A DNA stretch of 64,000 nucleotides from a virus: positions 4,368-68,367 of IMG/VR virus record IMGVR_UViG_3300029952_000010, one strand, 5' to 3'. The notes below the pieces were generated by a model that was given only the letters and a program-made list of their open reading frames with translations, searched no databases and had not been told where the DNA came from. Of this stretch, positions 9,901 through 17,973 are shown one piece after another. Every line of letters starts with the position of its first letter. The first letter of the stretch is position 1. A program made the position numbers and the translations under genes.

Positions 9901-10702
9901 CTGATCCGCCGAACATGATTGTAGAGCCATATAAATTTATAGGACCTCTATAACTATCACCACCCAAAAATATCCCGGTATTATTATATCCTATTAATGG
10001 TGTTCCTGATATGTTCAGACCGAAATTATACCCGGTTGTTGGGTCGTGAAATTGATACAACCCCGTTGTACTACTTGTGCCACCTAATGCAATGGGTTGA
10101 TTTTGAAGACTTCCTACTGTATCTATTACTATTTGACCGTTTTTTATTGTTAATATCCCGTTTAATATACTGTTGCCATTTTCCTGAACATATGTAGTGC
10201 TATCATTATTGATGTTCCCGCTTCCGTCAACAACCAAATGTTGGTTAGTGGCTAAATAAGGTAATATTCCGCCAAGGTTTACAGTCCCGTTAAAAATAGC
10301 GGTGTTATTGAATGTAGCGGTATTGCCCACTGTAAGAACCGAAGTTGATAAGGCTTTGCTGAAATTATATGAATTAGTTCCTACATTATATGAAAATCCA
10401 CCCGGAACATATGCTTTGTTTGTCCCATCTAAGAATAATCCGCTTGCATTACCCGATCCGCCCGCTTTTATATAGCCTCCTGTTAGGAGTTGGTTTACCT
10501 GGGCTGCGGTGTAAAATTGATTGAAGTACTGCCCAATACCTAAGTAAAACTTAGTGTTTAAGCTGTCTGCTGTTCCATTGTTACGGGGCGTTGTCGGCGA
10601 TGATACAGAACCAGGAGGCGCACTCGTAGGCCAAGCTGTTTGTTGCGCCCAAACTGTTGCCGTGGCTATTGTGATTATTAAGGAAAGGAGAATTTTCTTC
10701 AT
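6950..10702 (-). CDS. Tail fibre/spike with SGNH (GDSL) esterase domain
   Basis: GTNIKTVNSQSLIGSGNI fibre motif; FGDSIT, GNSG, GTND, DNIHP blocks; T/S/G/N-rich. Confidence 0.75.
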   Translation of the reverse strand: MKKILLSLIITIATATVWAQQTAWPTSAPPGSVSSPTTPRNNGTADSLNTKFYLGIGQYFNQFYTAAQVNQLLTGGYIKAGGSGNASGLFLDGTNKAYVPGGFSYNVGTNSYNFSKALSTSVLTVGNTATFNNTAIFNGTVNLGGILPYLATNQHLVVDGSGNINNDSTTYVQENGNSILNGILTIKNGQIVIDTVGSLQNQPIALGGTSSTTGLYQFHDPTTGYNFGLNISGTPLIGYNNTGIFLGGDSYRGPINLYGSTIMFGGSGTAFDSAPGSGLPTFYMPVYGVDAVLPTQLVTLEQLTGGYQPILVSGTNIKTVNSQSLIGSGNIVISGGFTPSGTTDETLAGDGSNVSNLNYALIDKSYPTPSGSYALTTATPNQSTGFTYSSGNYTATSGTAYVLMNGSLGSTISGEIRTTYASSANQLAVLGIDVNNTFNNFNSPWYYQLYADGSTYYYAENSGVGTSSGISVVVGDIIRLRRDGSTGIVYAEKSIDGGTTFTLIHQFTTTNTGLVYYKLAGVSSGNVASNVQATIDVVPASFANNDLLFYNSTATTFNNVSIGNSLSFIPITLPGIGGVSDGSTDNYASFNTANTIASGKPIYFPQNSAGNANYNFATAPTISGNIISADANVILTTPSTNGVTFSNSTLTTPLKIFSSDRNNTALEQANNMPDWVSKATDNVYEQDNIQQPQVVNATLFSQRQYNTGTSGFISGQSTLTASNQVTWATSSITNANAIDVVGGVPIIGNMYTCSTSPSTNSGTRFGVLVDIGGGLYTYFSIDANNKWYLGQFNGTSYSESTGVLLPTAAYGISSSATTIVSYRIISANNIEFYVNGVFVSKYSEPSPMAYVGVGWYDTSATSSGAVYAYDFVSGFSQTAYSGNDIIFYAFGDSITSGEGSDLSWPNTLKWIVEGKRGIGKCTVYNYGNSGYTAAQEYTVMQGITLTPGSYVGVMVGTNDIQAQTSMSSFKTTIANIITYIKAAGCIPIIAIPPTFISQSLTGYGYATANYQLGGNYRSAIIRVAAEQGGCYMADVNSAIGEISATNQQLRDNIHPQPAYMGGVIANEFVKSLMSAMLPAKISNTSVVTAPYSMVGSSPINQSYAGAYLATLTGSETLINKTLTSPQLNSPLLNTTSTVGNVWTATGTNGSGNWAIPTIPNKSHTIFTPTTGSTVTLVNNQYNIINPSGALLALTINLPSSPVDKDEVRIKFTQTISTVTYANGTVVDGITAPTAGGLTILVFDSSTSSWY

Positions 10703-10737
10703 TGGTTGTAAATATAATACGAAAAAAGAATATAAAA

Positions 10738-10761
10738 TAGACAGATAAATGTCTAAATTTG
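10738..10761 (+). promoter_or_regulatory. Promoter (TAAATTTG) overlapped by palindromic operator
   Basis: TAGACA-gataaa-TGTCTA abutting the -7 element; ATG 4 nt downstream. Confidence 0.6.
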
Positions 10762-10765
10762 TAGC

Positions 10766-10960
10766 ATGACAGTACGAGAATTACTAAACAACCCAGATTT
10801 TAACAATGCTAGTATATCCAAAGAGGTATTCGGGCATAAGCGGATTATCAGCGATAAAGAAAAAAATAACCGTGGCAAATCATGGCTAAAAGGCGATTTC
10901 GAAAAAATATCTGATTATTTTGAAAAAAAGTATAAATATTATTTGGAAGTGACAGATTAA
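10766..10960 (+). CDS. Small putative HTH regulator
   Basis: NNASISKEVFG pattern; flanked by two copies of an operator. Confidence 0.5.
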   Translation: MTVRELLNNPDFNNASISKEVFGHKRIISDKEKNNRGKSWLKGDFEKISDYFEKKYKYYLEVTD

Positions 10961-11018
10961 TGTCTATCTTTACACCATAATCATAGCAATGCAGTTATGG
11001 TGTAATTTAAAAAACAAA

Positions 11019-11369
11019 ATGGAAACTAACGATTTCAAAACAGTACAAGACGTAATTGATTATTTAAAGTTAATGAAAGCTAAAAATGATAAATTACAAA
11101 AAGCTAATCCCGATTTTAATATTAGCTTAAAAACAGTTAGCGGATTGCCAATTGATTTAATCTTTGATTTGTACGATTTTATTCACGAAGGCGACAAAAG
11201 CTATGTGAGTTCTTATTCAAGAGTTCAAAAATCAGGCGACCATTTAACACTAAGCGGTTATAGTTCAAGACTGCCAATCAATTGTAGTTTTCAATCTATT
11301 AAAGTAAGGGACAAAAAAGAGCTTCAGCCATTACCAGAGCGCACTCAATACGAGGCTATTCCGCAATAA
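11019..11369 (+). CDS. Hypothetical protein
   Basis: ORF; A-rich leader favours ATG 11019. Confidence 0.65.
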   Translation: METNDFKTVQDVIDYLKLMKAKNDKLQKANPDFNISLKTVSGLPIDLIFDLYDFIHEGDKSYVSSYSRVQKSGDHLTLSGYSSRLPINCSFQSIKVRDKKELQPLPERTQYEAIPQ

Positions 11370-11465
11370 AGACGATTCAGGTAGCAAATTAATGGCTATC
11401 CCCCAACCCTGCAAGTTTCGATTTGCGGGGATTTGGTGGTAACTAAACATATTAATCAAACAGAT

Positions 11466-11879
11466 ATGAAAACAGAGAAACTTGAATTAGCGCACTTGGC
11501 GGCATATTTACCGTATGGATTGAAAGTAATGCGTGGCGATGGAATACAAGATAGGTTATGCGGGATAATGTTTAGCGACGATACCGATTATAGGAACACT
11601 AAAGAAACGTATCATAATATCGAACATCCACTGGCTAATCTCGAAACACATACCGTGGAGTTTGAAGATATTAAGCCTTTATTAAGACCATTATCGGAAT
11701 TGTATAGTACTGATGGATTTTCTTTATCTAATATGATCTCACATGGTTATCATAACACGTTTTGGAGTGAAGAAAAATTTAGTGTAAAGCATATATACTA
11801 TCACGACTTGGCGATATTGCTCGAGTGGCACTTCGACGTATTCGGTTTAATTGAATCAGGACTCGCTATTAAAATATAA
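11466..11879 (+). CDS. Conserved Bacteroidota-phage hypothetical protein
   Basis: LAAYLPYGLKV...IKPLLRPLS...HFDVFGLIESGLAI. Confidence 0.7.
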   Translation: MKTEKLELAHLAAYLPYGLKVMRGDGIQDRLCGIMFSDDTDYRNTKETYHNIEHPLANLETHTVEFEDIKPLLRPLSELYSTDGFSLSNMISHGYHNTFWSEEKFSVKHIYYHDLAILLEWHFDVFGLIESGLAIKI

Positions 11880-12634
11880 TGACGGTTTATATTTACACCC
11901 TTTCTTGCCCAACTACAGGACAAATTAAATATGTTGGTAAAACAATAAATTTAAAACAACGATTTAGGGATCACATGAAAGATTATAGAAACATGAATAA
12001 AAATAAATCATGGATTAAATCTCTAAAAATCCGGGGGCTATCACCTGTAATGCAGGTGATAGATGTTTGCTTAGGTGAAGATTGGAGATTTATGGAAGAT
12101 TTTTGGATTCAGATATTGAAAACATGGGGTTTTGATTTAAAAAATCAAATACATGGAGGAAGAGGAATAACTGTTTTGTCTGAAGAGTCTAAAAATAAAA
12201 TATCACTTTCTTTAAAAGGTAAAAAACAGAGCGAAGAGCGAAGGTTAAAAAACTGCAAAAAAGTTCTAAAATATGATTTAGATGGCTCTTTTATTTGCGA
12301 ACACGAATCAATAACCCACGCAGAGATGTCCTCAAATATTAAAAATGGTATATTGGGTTCAATTAAAAGAAAACAATCGGCAGGGGGATATCAATGGAGG
12401 TTTTTAAATGGGATTATAGAATTACATATAGAACCTTACAAAAAGAATATGCACAGATCTTGTAAATCCGGAAAATCAAAAAAGCCAGTTTACGAGATTG
12501 ATAAAAATGGCTCTATTTTACATAAATACGAATCAATATCTTTTGCAGAACAAAAAACAGGATTAAGTAATATATTTTACGTTTGCGCTGGATTAAGAGC
12601 CCATACAAGGAATAGATATTTTATATATGCTTAG
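11879..12634 (+). CDS. Free-standing GIY-YIG homing endonuclease with NUMOD3/NUMOD1 motifs
   Basis: YIY...YVGKT...R; SEESKNKISLSLKG; KVLKYDLDG, AGGYQW repeats. Confidence 0.85.
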   Translation: MTVYIYTLSCPTTGQIKYVGKTINLKQRFRDHMKDYRNMNKNKSWIKSLKIRGLSPVMQVIDVCLGEDWRFMEDFWIQILKTWGFDLKNQIHGGRGITVLSEESKNKISLSLKGKKQSEERRLKNCKKVLKYDLDGSFICEHESITHAEMSSNIKNGILGSIKRKQSAGGYQWRFLNGIIELHIEPYKKNMHRSCKSGKSKKPVYEIDKNGSILHKYESISFAEQKTGLSNIFYVCAGLRAHTRNRYFIYA

Positions 12635-12671
12635 CCCTACCTTTAACCATACAAAATAATTCGTAAGGAAG

Positions 12672-13106
12672 ATGAAAAGAGAAGAAAAGTTCAAGTTTGT
12701 TTATAAACATGATGACGGCAGGTTTTTAATTAGTTGCTTCTATACACTAGATCAATTATTAATTGTATCTGAAGATGATATATATTGTTCATTATCGGAT
12801 TGTAATTGCCAGCCAATAGGTGAAACTAATGTCGTTGAGTGTGGATGTGATTCAGTAATAGATGGATTTAAACTTCATGATAAAATTCAATCCACAGGCT
12901 TAAAAGACAAAAACGGAGTTGATATCTATGAGGGAGATAAGTTAATTAATCCATCTGGGGAAGTTGGTATTGTTGAATGGTACGAGGCTGGATTTTATTT
13001 AAAATGTGACAGAAAGAGTGGGCAATCATTCTTCGTAGCACTAACAAAAGGATTTGTTGTAAATAAAACTCAAATAGGTAATATAAACCAAACCAAACCC
13101 CTTTAA
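12672..13106 (+). CDS. YopX family protein
   Basis: QSTGLKDKNGVDIYEGD...IGNI. Confidence 0.85.
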   Translation: MKREEKFKFVYKHDDGRFLISCFYTLDQLLIVSEDDIYCSLSDCNCQPIGETNVVECGCDSVIDGFKLHDKIQSTGLKDKNGVDIYEGDKLINPSGEVGIVEWYEAGFYLKCDRKSGQSFFVALTKGFVVNKTQIGNINQTKPL

Positions 13107-13142
13107 CCCTACCCATAAACGGCATAAAAAGAGAGAAAAAGT

Positions 13143-13703
13143 ATGAAAAAAATAAGTACATTATTTAAAAAAGACCCTAACGATTTAGGTCGAGTAATCA
13201 ACGAAATTAATCCCGAAAATGAATGGGCGTTTACCAATGGTATCCCGACCAGAAAATACGATGGAACGGCATGCGCAGTAATAAATGGAGATTTATATAA
13301 GAGATATGATGTTAAAAAAGGCAGGAACGTGCCTCATTCTGCGATACCATGTCAAGAGCCTGATGAAATAACAGGACATTGGCCTCATTGGATTAGGTGT
13401 TATATTAATGAAAAAGCAGATCAATACCATTTTAAAGCCTTTGATATTGCACCCGAATTACCAGAAGGCACTTATGAATTATGCGGTCCTAAAATACAAG
13501 GGAACCCCGAACAATTAAGCGAGCATTATTTAATAAAACATGGGTCAGGTAAATTAGAGATAAATGATTTGTCTTTTGAAGGAATCAAACAGTTTTTAAC
13601 AGATAATGATATTGAAGGTATTGTTTTCCATGAAAGGGGTGGTGACAGGATGTGTAAAATTCGCAAATCTGATTTTGGACTTAAACGCACTTTAACCGCC
13701 TAA
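13143..13703 (+). CDS. Nucleotidyltransferase-fold ligase, DUF5565/Rlig1-like putative RNA ligase
   Basis: TRKYDGT (KxDG), GTYELCGPKIQGNP, EGIVFH, MCKIR. Confidence 0.7.
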   Translation: MKKISTLFKKDPNDLGRVINEINPENEWAFTNGIPTRKYDGTACAVINGDLYKRYDVKKGRNVPHSAIPCQEPDEITGHWPHWIRCYINEKADQYHFKAFDIAPELPEGTYELCGPKIQGNPEQLSEHYLIKHGSGKLEINDLSFEGIKQFLTDNDIEGIVFHERGGDRMCKIRKSDFGLKRTLTA

Positions 13704-13705
13704 CC

Positions 13706-13897
13706 ATGCTATCAAACGAAATTAAAGCAACCCATGAGGAATCCAAATACGATAAAGAATTAACCGATATGTGTGATTGGTTCTTATCTACCGATGAAGG
13801 TAAAAATTGCCGTAATCCATCAAGCCCATATTACTATATCGCACCTATGGAAATTGCACGAATACTAATCAAATTCAAAAATGACAAGCGAAATTAA
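13706..13897 (+). CDS. Hypothetical protein
   Basis: Tightly packed in operon. Confidence 0.55.
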   Translation: MLSNEIKATHEESKYDKELTDMCDWFLSTDEGKNCRNPSSPYYYIAPMEIARILIKFKNDKRN

Positions 13898-14369
13898 AGC
13901 AAAGATATTCAGCCTGTATTTGGGGCAGAAAGTAGAATATAACTTCAATAATAAGAAAAAACAAGATACAATATATGGTATTATTTCTAATCAAGTCGTG
14001 TTTAACGAAGTAAGCGCAGGAAGTACAGTTACAACCAAAAATATTGATAAATGTTATCTTGTTCTCCGATCTGTTAAGCAGTTGACGGGAGTTGAGATGA
14101 CAGAAATTCATAAACTTTTATTCCCTAATACTTTTTACCCAAATACAAATTATGTACTTCAGTTTCTTAATGTTATCGAAAGCCCGTACCAATACTCCTT
14201 AGATGATGATTTTAATTGCAAGGCTGAGTATGAAGATATATCAGCATTAATTGACTATCTCCGCTCAATCGGCATAGCATTGCCTGTGACAACTGTAGTC
14301 GATGGTGCTGTAAGGACTATTGGGGTGGAGGAAATGGTGGAGGAAAAAATAATTTGTTTGGATATATAA
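13881..14369 (+). CDS. Hypothetical protein (distantly similar to 11466..11879)
   Basis: FSLYLGQKV...LVLRSV...DYLRSIGIALP. Confidence 0.7.
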   Translation: MTSEIKAKIFSLYLGQKVEYNFNNKKKQDTIYGIISNQVVFNEVSAGSTVTTKNIDKCYLVLRSVKQLTGVEMTEIHKLLFPNTFYPNTNYVLQFLNVIESPYQYSLDDDFNCKAEYEDISALIDYLRSIGIALPVTTVVDGAVRTIGVEEMVEEKIICLDI

Positions 14370-14392
14370 AAATAATTTTATATTTTTATGTC

Positions 14393-14490
14393 GCTGTTCC
14401 GTTATGAAGAAATTTAAAATATCCCGCTTGCACATTGCCATAGCTCATTCAGAGCAACGGAACAGCCTTTGTGTATAGCGGGTTTTTATT
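14393..14490 (+). promoter_or_regulatory. Structured 5' leader (pseudoknot topology)
   Basis: GCTGTTCCGTT pairs with AACGGAACAGC inside the CCCGCTTGCACA/TGTGTATAGCGGG stem. Confidence 0.55.
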
Positions 14491-14494
14491 TCCA

Positions 14495-14671
14495 ATGAAA
14501 ACCTTTAAAGAATTTAATATTTATCCTGATAACGAATACCCTATGATGGCTAAAGCTGTTTTTATAGACGGGGTTTATAGTGGAGTTAAGTTGATGTTCA
14601 AGGCGGGACGTTCTAGTTACATCCATTTTATTAATGATGCGGGATTAGAAGCGGAAAGGTTATTTTTATAA
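14495..14671 (+). CDS. Hypothetical protein
   Basis: ATG just after leader hairpin. Confidence 0.55.
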   Translation: MKTFKEFNIYPDNEYPMMAKAVFIDGVYSGVKLMFKAGRSSYIHFINDAGLEAERLFL

Positions 14672-14886
14672 TGGGTAGGCAAAATATATCAAAATGGGAA
14701 GTTGCGTCTATTTATAGTGCTATGTCTGAAACGCTTGAAATAATAAAGCAAATACCAGATAATGAAATAAGAAATGCAATTAATGGACTAATAAATCATT
14801 GCAAAAAAAGGGCAAATGAGTTAGACCCAAAATACAATAAGCCTAAATCACTACCCGCCGGGGTTATTAAATTGGAAGGGGAATAA
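14671..14886 (+). CDS. Hypothetical protein
   Basis: TAATG coupling. Confidence 0.6.
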   Translation: MGRQNISKWEVASIYSAMSETLEIIKQIPDNEIRNAINGLINHCKKRANELDPKYNKPKSLPAGVIKLEGE

Positions 14887-14892
14887 AAAGAG

Positions 14893-15084
14893 ATGAGAAA
14901 CGAATGGATAGATGTAAACGATAGTTTACCTAATGATTATACCGATGTATTGTTTTATAATTCAGGGTATAAAAGGCAATTTATAGGCAGACTTTATGAT
15001 AAAGAAACAAAAGAGTTTTGGGATCAATCAGGCGATACACATAGTAAAGTAACATACTGGATGCCGTTACCTCTTAATCCTTAA
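14893..15084 (+). CDS. DUF551-like protein
   Basis: WIDVNDSLP...VTYWMPLP. Confidence 0.8.
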   Translation: MRNEWIDVNDSLPNDYTDVLFYNSGYKRQFIGRLYDKETKEFWDQSGDTHSKVTYWMPLPLNP

Positions 15085-15122
15085 CCCCCTTATTAACTTA
15101 CAAACTAACTAAACAAAATATT

Positions 15123-15290
15123 ATGGACAGAGAAGATTTGGAATGGCTACAATCAGTGCAAGAACAAGCATACAGGCTTTACGCAATTAATAAAATGCCT
15201 GATGATGATTATAACGACTTAGATAATTTGATTGAAAGGATATTAGAAAATAACGGAGTACATAATTCTGATGAAGATTTACAACCGTAA
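15123..15290 (+). CDS. 55-aa acidic hypothetical protein
   Basis: MDREDLEWLQ...DEDLQP; below ORF-track cutoff. Confidence 0.6.
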   Translation: MDREDLEWLQSVQEQAYRLYAINKMPDDDYNDLDNLIERILENNGVHNSDEDLQP

Positions 15291-15366
15291 CCCTTTAATC
15301 AACAGGTGTTATTAAAATTAAGGAGAGGGAAAACCAAGTAAAATTATTATTTAATACAACATTAAA

Positions 15367-15582
15367 ATGGACGCAGTAATAGTAATATATTTAATAATCG
15401 GATATTCCCTCTCTATTTTTATGTGGGGAGTTAAGACAGAACAAAAATCCTTTTTTAAAGGAGAAACAACATATCTTCTCATAGAATATACAAATGGCAA
15501 AAGAGAATGGATTGATGATATTACAACTATCAATGAACCACATACTGTTATTACAAGAATAAACACACTTAATCAAAAGTAA
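15367..15582 (+). CDS. Small membrane protein
   Basis: N-terminal TM. Confidence 0.55.
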   Translation: MDAVIVIYLIIGYSLSIFMWGVKTEQKSFFKGETTYLLIEYTNGKREWIDDITTINEPHTVITRINTLNQK

Positions 15583-15630
15583 CCCCTTTAACCTCCCACT
15601 TGGCGGTAATACAGTTTAAAAAAAGAAAAA

Positions 15631-15963
15631 ATGGCAAAAGTAAAATGTTCAACGTGTAGTACAGCTTATGATTTTGATATTTTAGAGCAATGCGATAACT
15701 GTAAACTATTTCATTGTCCTAAATGCTATGATAAATTTACATGTAAAAAATGCAATAATAATACACGAAACATTGAATATAATTATAAGGACTTGGCTTT
15801 AGATATTAATCCTAATTTAGTTTCGTTTCAGGATATTTATACTACTGGATGGTATATAAGAGATGAAAATGAAAGACATATAGCCGATTGGCATTTGTTC
15901 GAGGAAGATGCATGGAAAGAAGCGTACAAAGCACTTGGAGGGACACCCCCTACGGCTTTATAA
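15631..15963 (+). CDS. Zinc-finger protein
   Basis: Four CxxC pairs in the N-terminal half. Confidence 0.65.
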   Translation: MAKVKCSTCSTAYDFDILEQCDNCKLFHCPKCYDKFTCKKCNNNTRNIEYNYKDLALDINPNLVSFQDIYTTGWYIRDENERHIADWHLFEEDAWKEAYKALGGTPPTAL

Positions 15964-16516
15964 TCACCGTATACGTATCGGCACTATGCCCCGTTCCATC
16001 ATCAGGACTCGTCACCACCACATCAGTACCCGTATCCTGGTAGTTAACAGGCGTGTAGTTATTGCCAGATGAATCACGGAATAGTACGGTGGGGTTTGTG
16101 AAGCCAGTGTATGGTACGGTGATAACAACTGGCGTAACACCTTGAAAAATATCAGTGATTATATCAGGAATAACTTCACCTCCTTCAACATCAATCACTA
16201 TTCCACTCCCCTGATAATTAGGGTTTACCTGATTATCTCCAAAAGCACCAAAAGTATCATACTGAGATAATTTACTAATTAGCCATCCTATCAATTGATT
16301 GAATGTATCATTTTCAACGGCAAAATTAATAAACGGCTCTTGCTGGCTTATACAAGTCCAAAGCGTATAAATATCATATTGCTGGTCTTTGATGTTGGTA
16401 TATTCCTGTGAATCAAAATACCAAAAACCTTGCTCAATATAATCGGAAATCACAAACATGCACTTCAGCGCCCTTGTAAGTGTTGAATTTACTTGTGCTT
16501 GTGAATATAAGTTCAT
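15950..16516 (-). CDS. Putative virion (tail) protein
   Basis: Late-strand, beta-rich C-terminus, coupled to neighbours. Confidence 0.55.
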   Translation of the reverse strand: MNLYSQAQVNSTLTRALKCMFVISDYIEQGFWYFDSQEYTNIKDQQYDIYTLWTCISQQEPFINFAVENDTFNQLIGWLISKLSQYDTFGAFGDNQVNPNYQGSGIVIDVEGGEVIPDIITDIFQGVTPVVITVPYTGFTNPTVLFRDSSGNNYTPVNYQDTGTDVVVTSPDDGTGHSADTYTVIIKP

Positions 16517-17046
16517 TACAATGTTGTATTTAGTATAATCTGCGTACCCCTATCTAATGCATCCTGTGCGCCTGTATAATTAGCGTACAAAACGGCTACC
16601 TGAGAATTTGACATTTCAATCAAAAGGTCAATTGACGATTTACGGTAAACTTTATCCATACGAGTTGACGGAAGCGTATCTGTTAACCTTTGCACCTGAA
16701 TATTGTATAATCCTTGCTGTAAGAAGCGATTTGTAGCAATATCTGCCTCTGCGGTATAAATACTACCACCTACAGGAGTTATTGGCGTAAGCGTCATTAC
16801 AATCGTTAATGCGACGTCTTGTGTAAGTCCGGATATGGTGATTACATCGGGATTGCCGCCACCAATAGGAAATGCGATGGGATTTGGATAGCCTGTTAGT
16901 GGCGTATTGTCTGATTGAAGTATGGTAAGTGTCCTGTTTGAAAAGTTAGTCTTACTATCTCCCCCAGAATACGGCGAAGGATCGATTAGCTGAAACTGCG
17001 TAGGGTCAGCAAGTGGTACGTAAGATATTGATGCAGCGAAACTCAT
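16516..17046 (-). CDS. Putative virion (tail hub-like) protein
   Basis: Beta-rich N-terminus with helical C-terminus; tail-module position. Confidence 0.55.
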   Translation of the reverse strand: MSFAASISYVPLADPTQFQLIDPSPYSGGDSKTNFSNRTLTILQSDNTPLTGYPNPIAFPIGGGNPDVITISGLTQDVALTIVMTLTPITPVGGSIYTAEADIATNRFLQQGLYNIQVQRLTDTLPSTRMDKVYRKSSIDLLIEMSNSQVAVLYANYTGAQDALDRGTQIILNTTL

Positions 17047-17375
17047 ACTTTACTAGCTTGGTATTGTTGTAAAAGGTATGAAGCATAAGCTATAGGAACA
17101 GCTATCTCAACGGACAATGTATCTGTATTAGCCCACCCGGATGGCAGCGACCTAAACGTGAAAATTGTTGTCTGTGTCCCGTTAACTCCTATTCCATTTG
17201 TAACATTTACTATGTTATTTTGAATAGTTGCTGCAGTAGATGTAGTAGTATCATAAACTGTGGCTAAACCTGTTATATCGAAATCATAGCCCGAAAGCCC
17301 AGATATAGTTAAAGTCTTTGCTACTACATCTAATGAAGTAGTAGCCAAATTTGATTTACCGAGTAAAACTCTCAT
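17043..17375 (-). CDS. Putative virion protein
   Basis: T/S-rich beta protein. Confidence 0.55.
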   Translation of the reverse strand: MRVLLGKSNLATTSLDVVAKTLTISGLSGYDFDITGLATVYDTTTSTAATIQNNIVNVTNGIGVNGTQTTIFTFRSLPSGWANTDTLSVEIAVPIAYASYLLQQYQASKV

Positions 17376-17412
17376 ACCTCATATTAAGTTTTGTTGTTGT
17401 AAATATAATGCT

Positions 17413-17510
17413 TATATTTGAATTAACAAACGCCATGCAGGGCATAGTTAAAGATATTTTAATCCTTATTGGCGGATAGGACTGCATTCCTTGAAGCCGA
17501 TAAGGATTTT
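17413..17510 (+). promoter_or_regulatory. TATATTTG promoter plus structured 5' leader
   Basis: Loop ATGCAG complementary to loop CTGCAT within AATCCTTATTGGC/GCCGATAAGGATT stem. Confidence 0.6.
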
Positions 17511-17517
17511 TAATTAT

Positions 17518-17973
17518 ATGCCATCAGGATTCTACGAAAGGAAAAATTTAAAGCCAATAATCAAAAGGTTTAATGAAAAATACGAAATAAATAAAGAAAC
17601 AATGTGCTGGGATTGGAATGGTTCTCTGGAAGGAGGGGGATATGCGTCAATTAGAGTTAACCGAAAAATGGAATTGGGGCATAGAATTTCTTATTCGTTA
17701 TTTATAGGTGAAATACCACACAAAATGGTAATTTGCCATAAGTGTGATAACACTAAGTGCGTGTCTCCCTTTCACTTGTTTTTAGGAACTCAACAAGAAA
17801 ATGTAAGCGACTCTCTTAAAAAAGGGAGAAGACCTAATGAGAAACACCCAAGTATGTATTCATATATAAAAAAAGGCTGTAGGTGTGAAGATTGTAAAAA
17901 GATAGCCAGTATAAATTCAAAAGAGAAATATAATAGAAAAAAAAATAAAATTAATCAAATTTCAAACCTATAG
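17518..17973 (+). CDS. Free-standing HNH homing endonuclease
   Basis: CWDWNG, HRISY, CHKCDN..CV.P.HL..GT..EN, GCRCEDC. Confidence 0.9.
   Translation: MPSGFYERKNLKPIIKRFNEKYEINKETMCWDWNGSLEGGGYASIRVNRKMELGHRISYSLFIGEIPHKMVICHKCDNTKCVSPFHLFLGTQQENVSDSLKKGRRPNEKHPSMYSYIKKGCRCEDCKKIASINSKEKYNRKKNKINQISNL

Noticed and set aside
11370-11440. tRNA-like element (TTCGA loop)
   Set aside because: Two simple hairpins; no cloverleaf or acceptor stem
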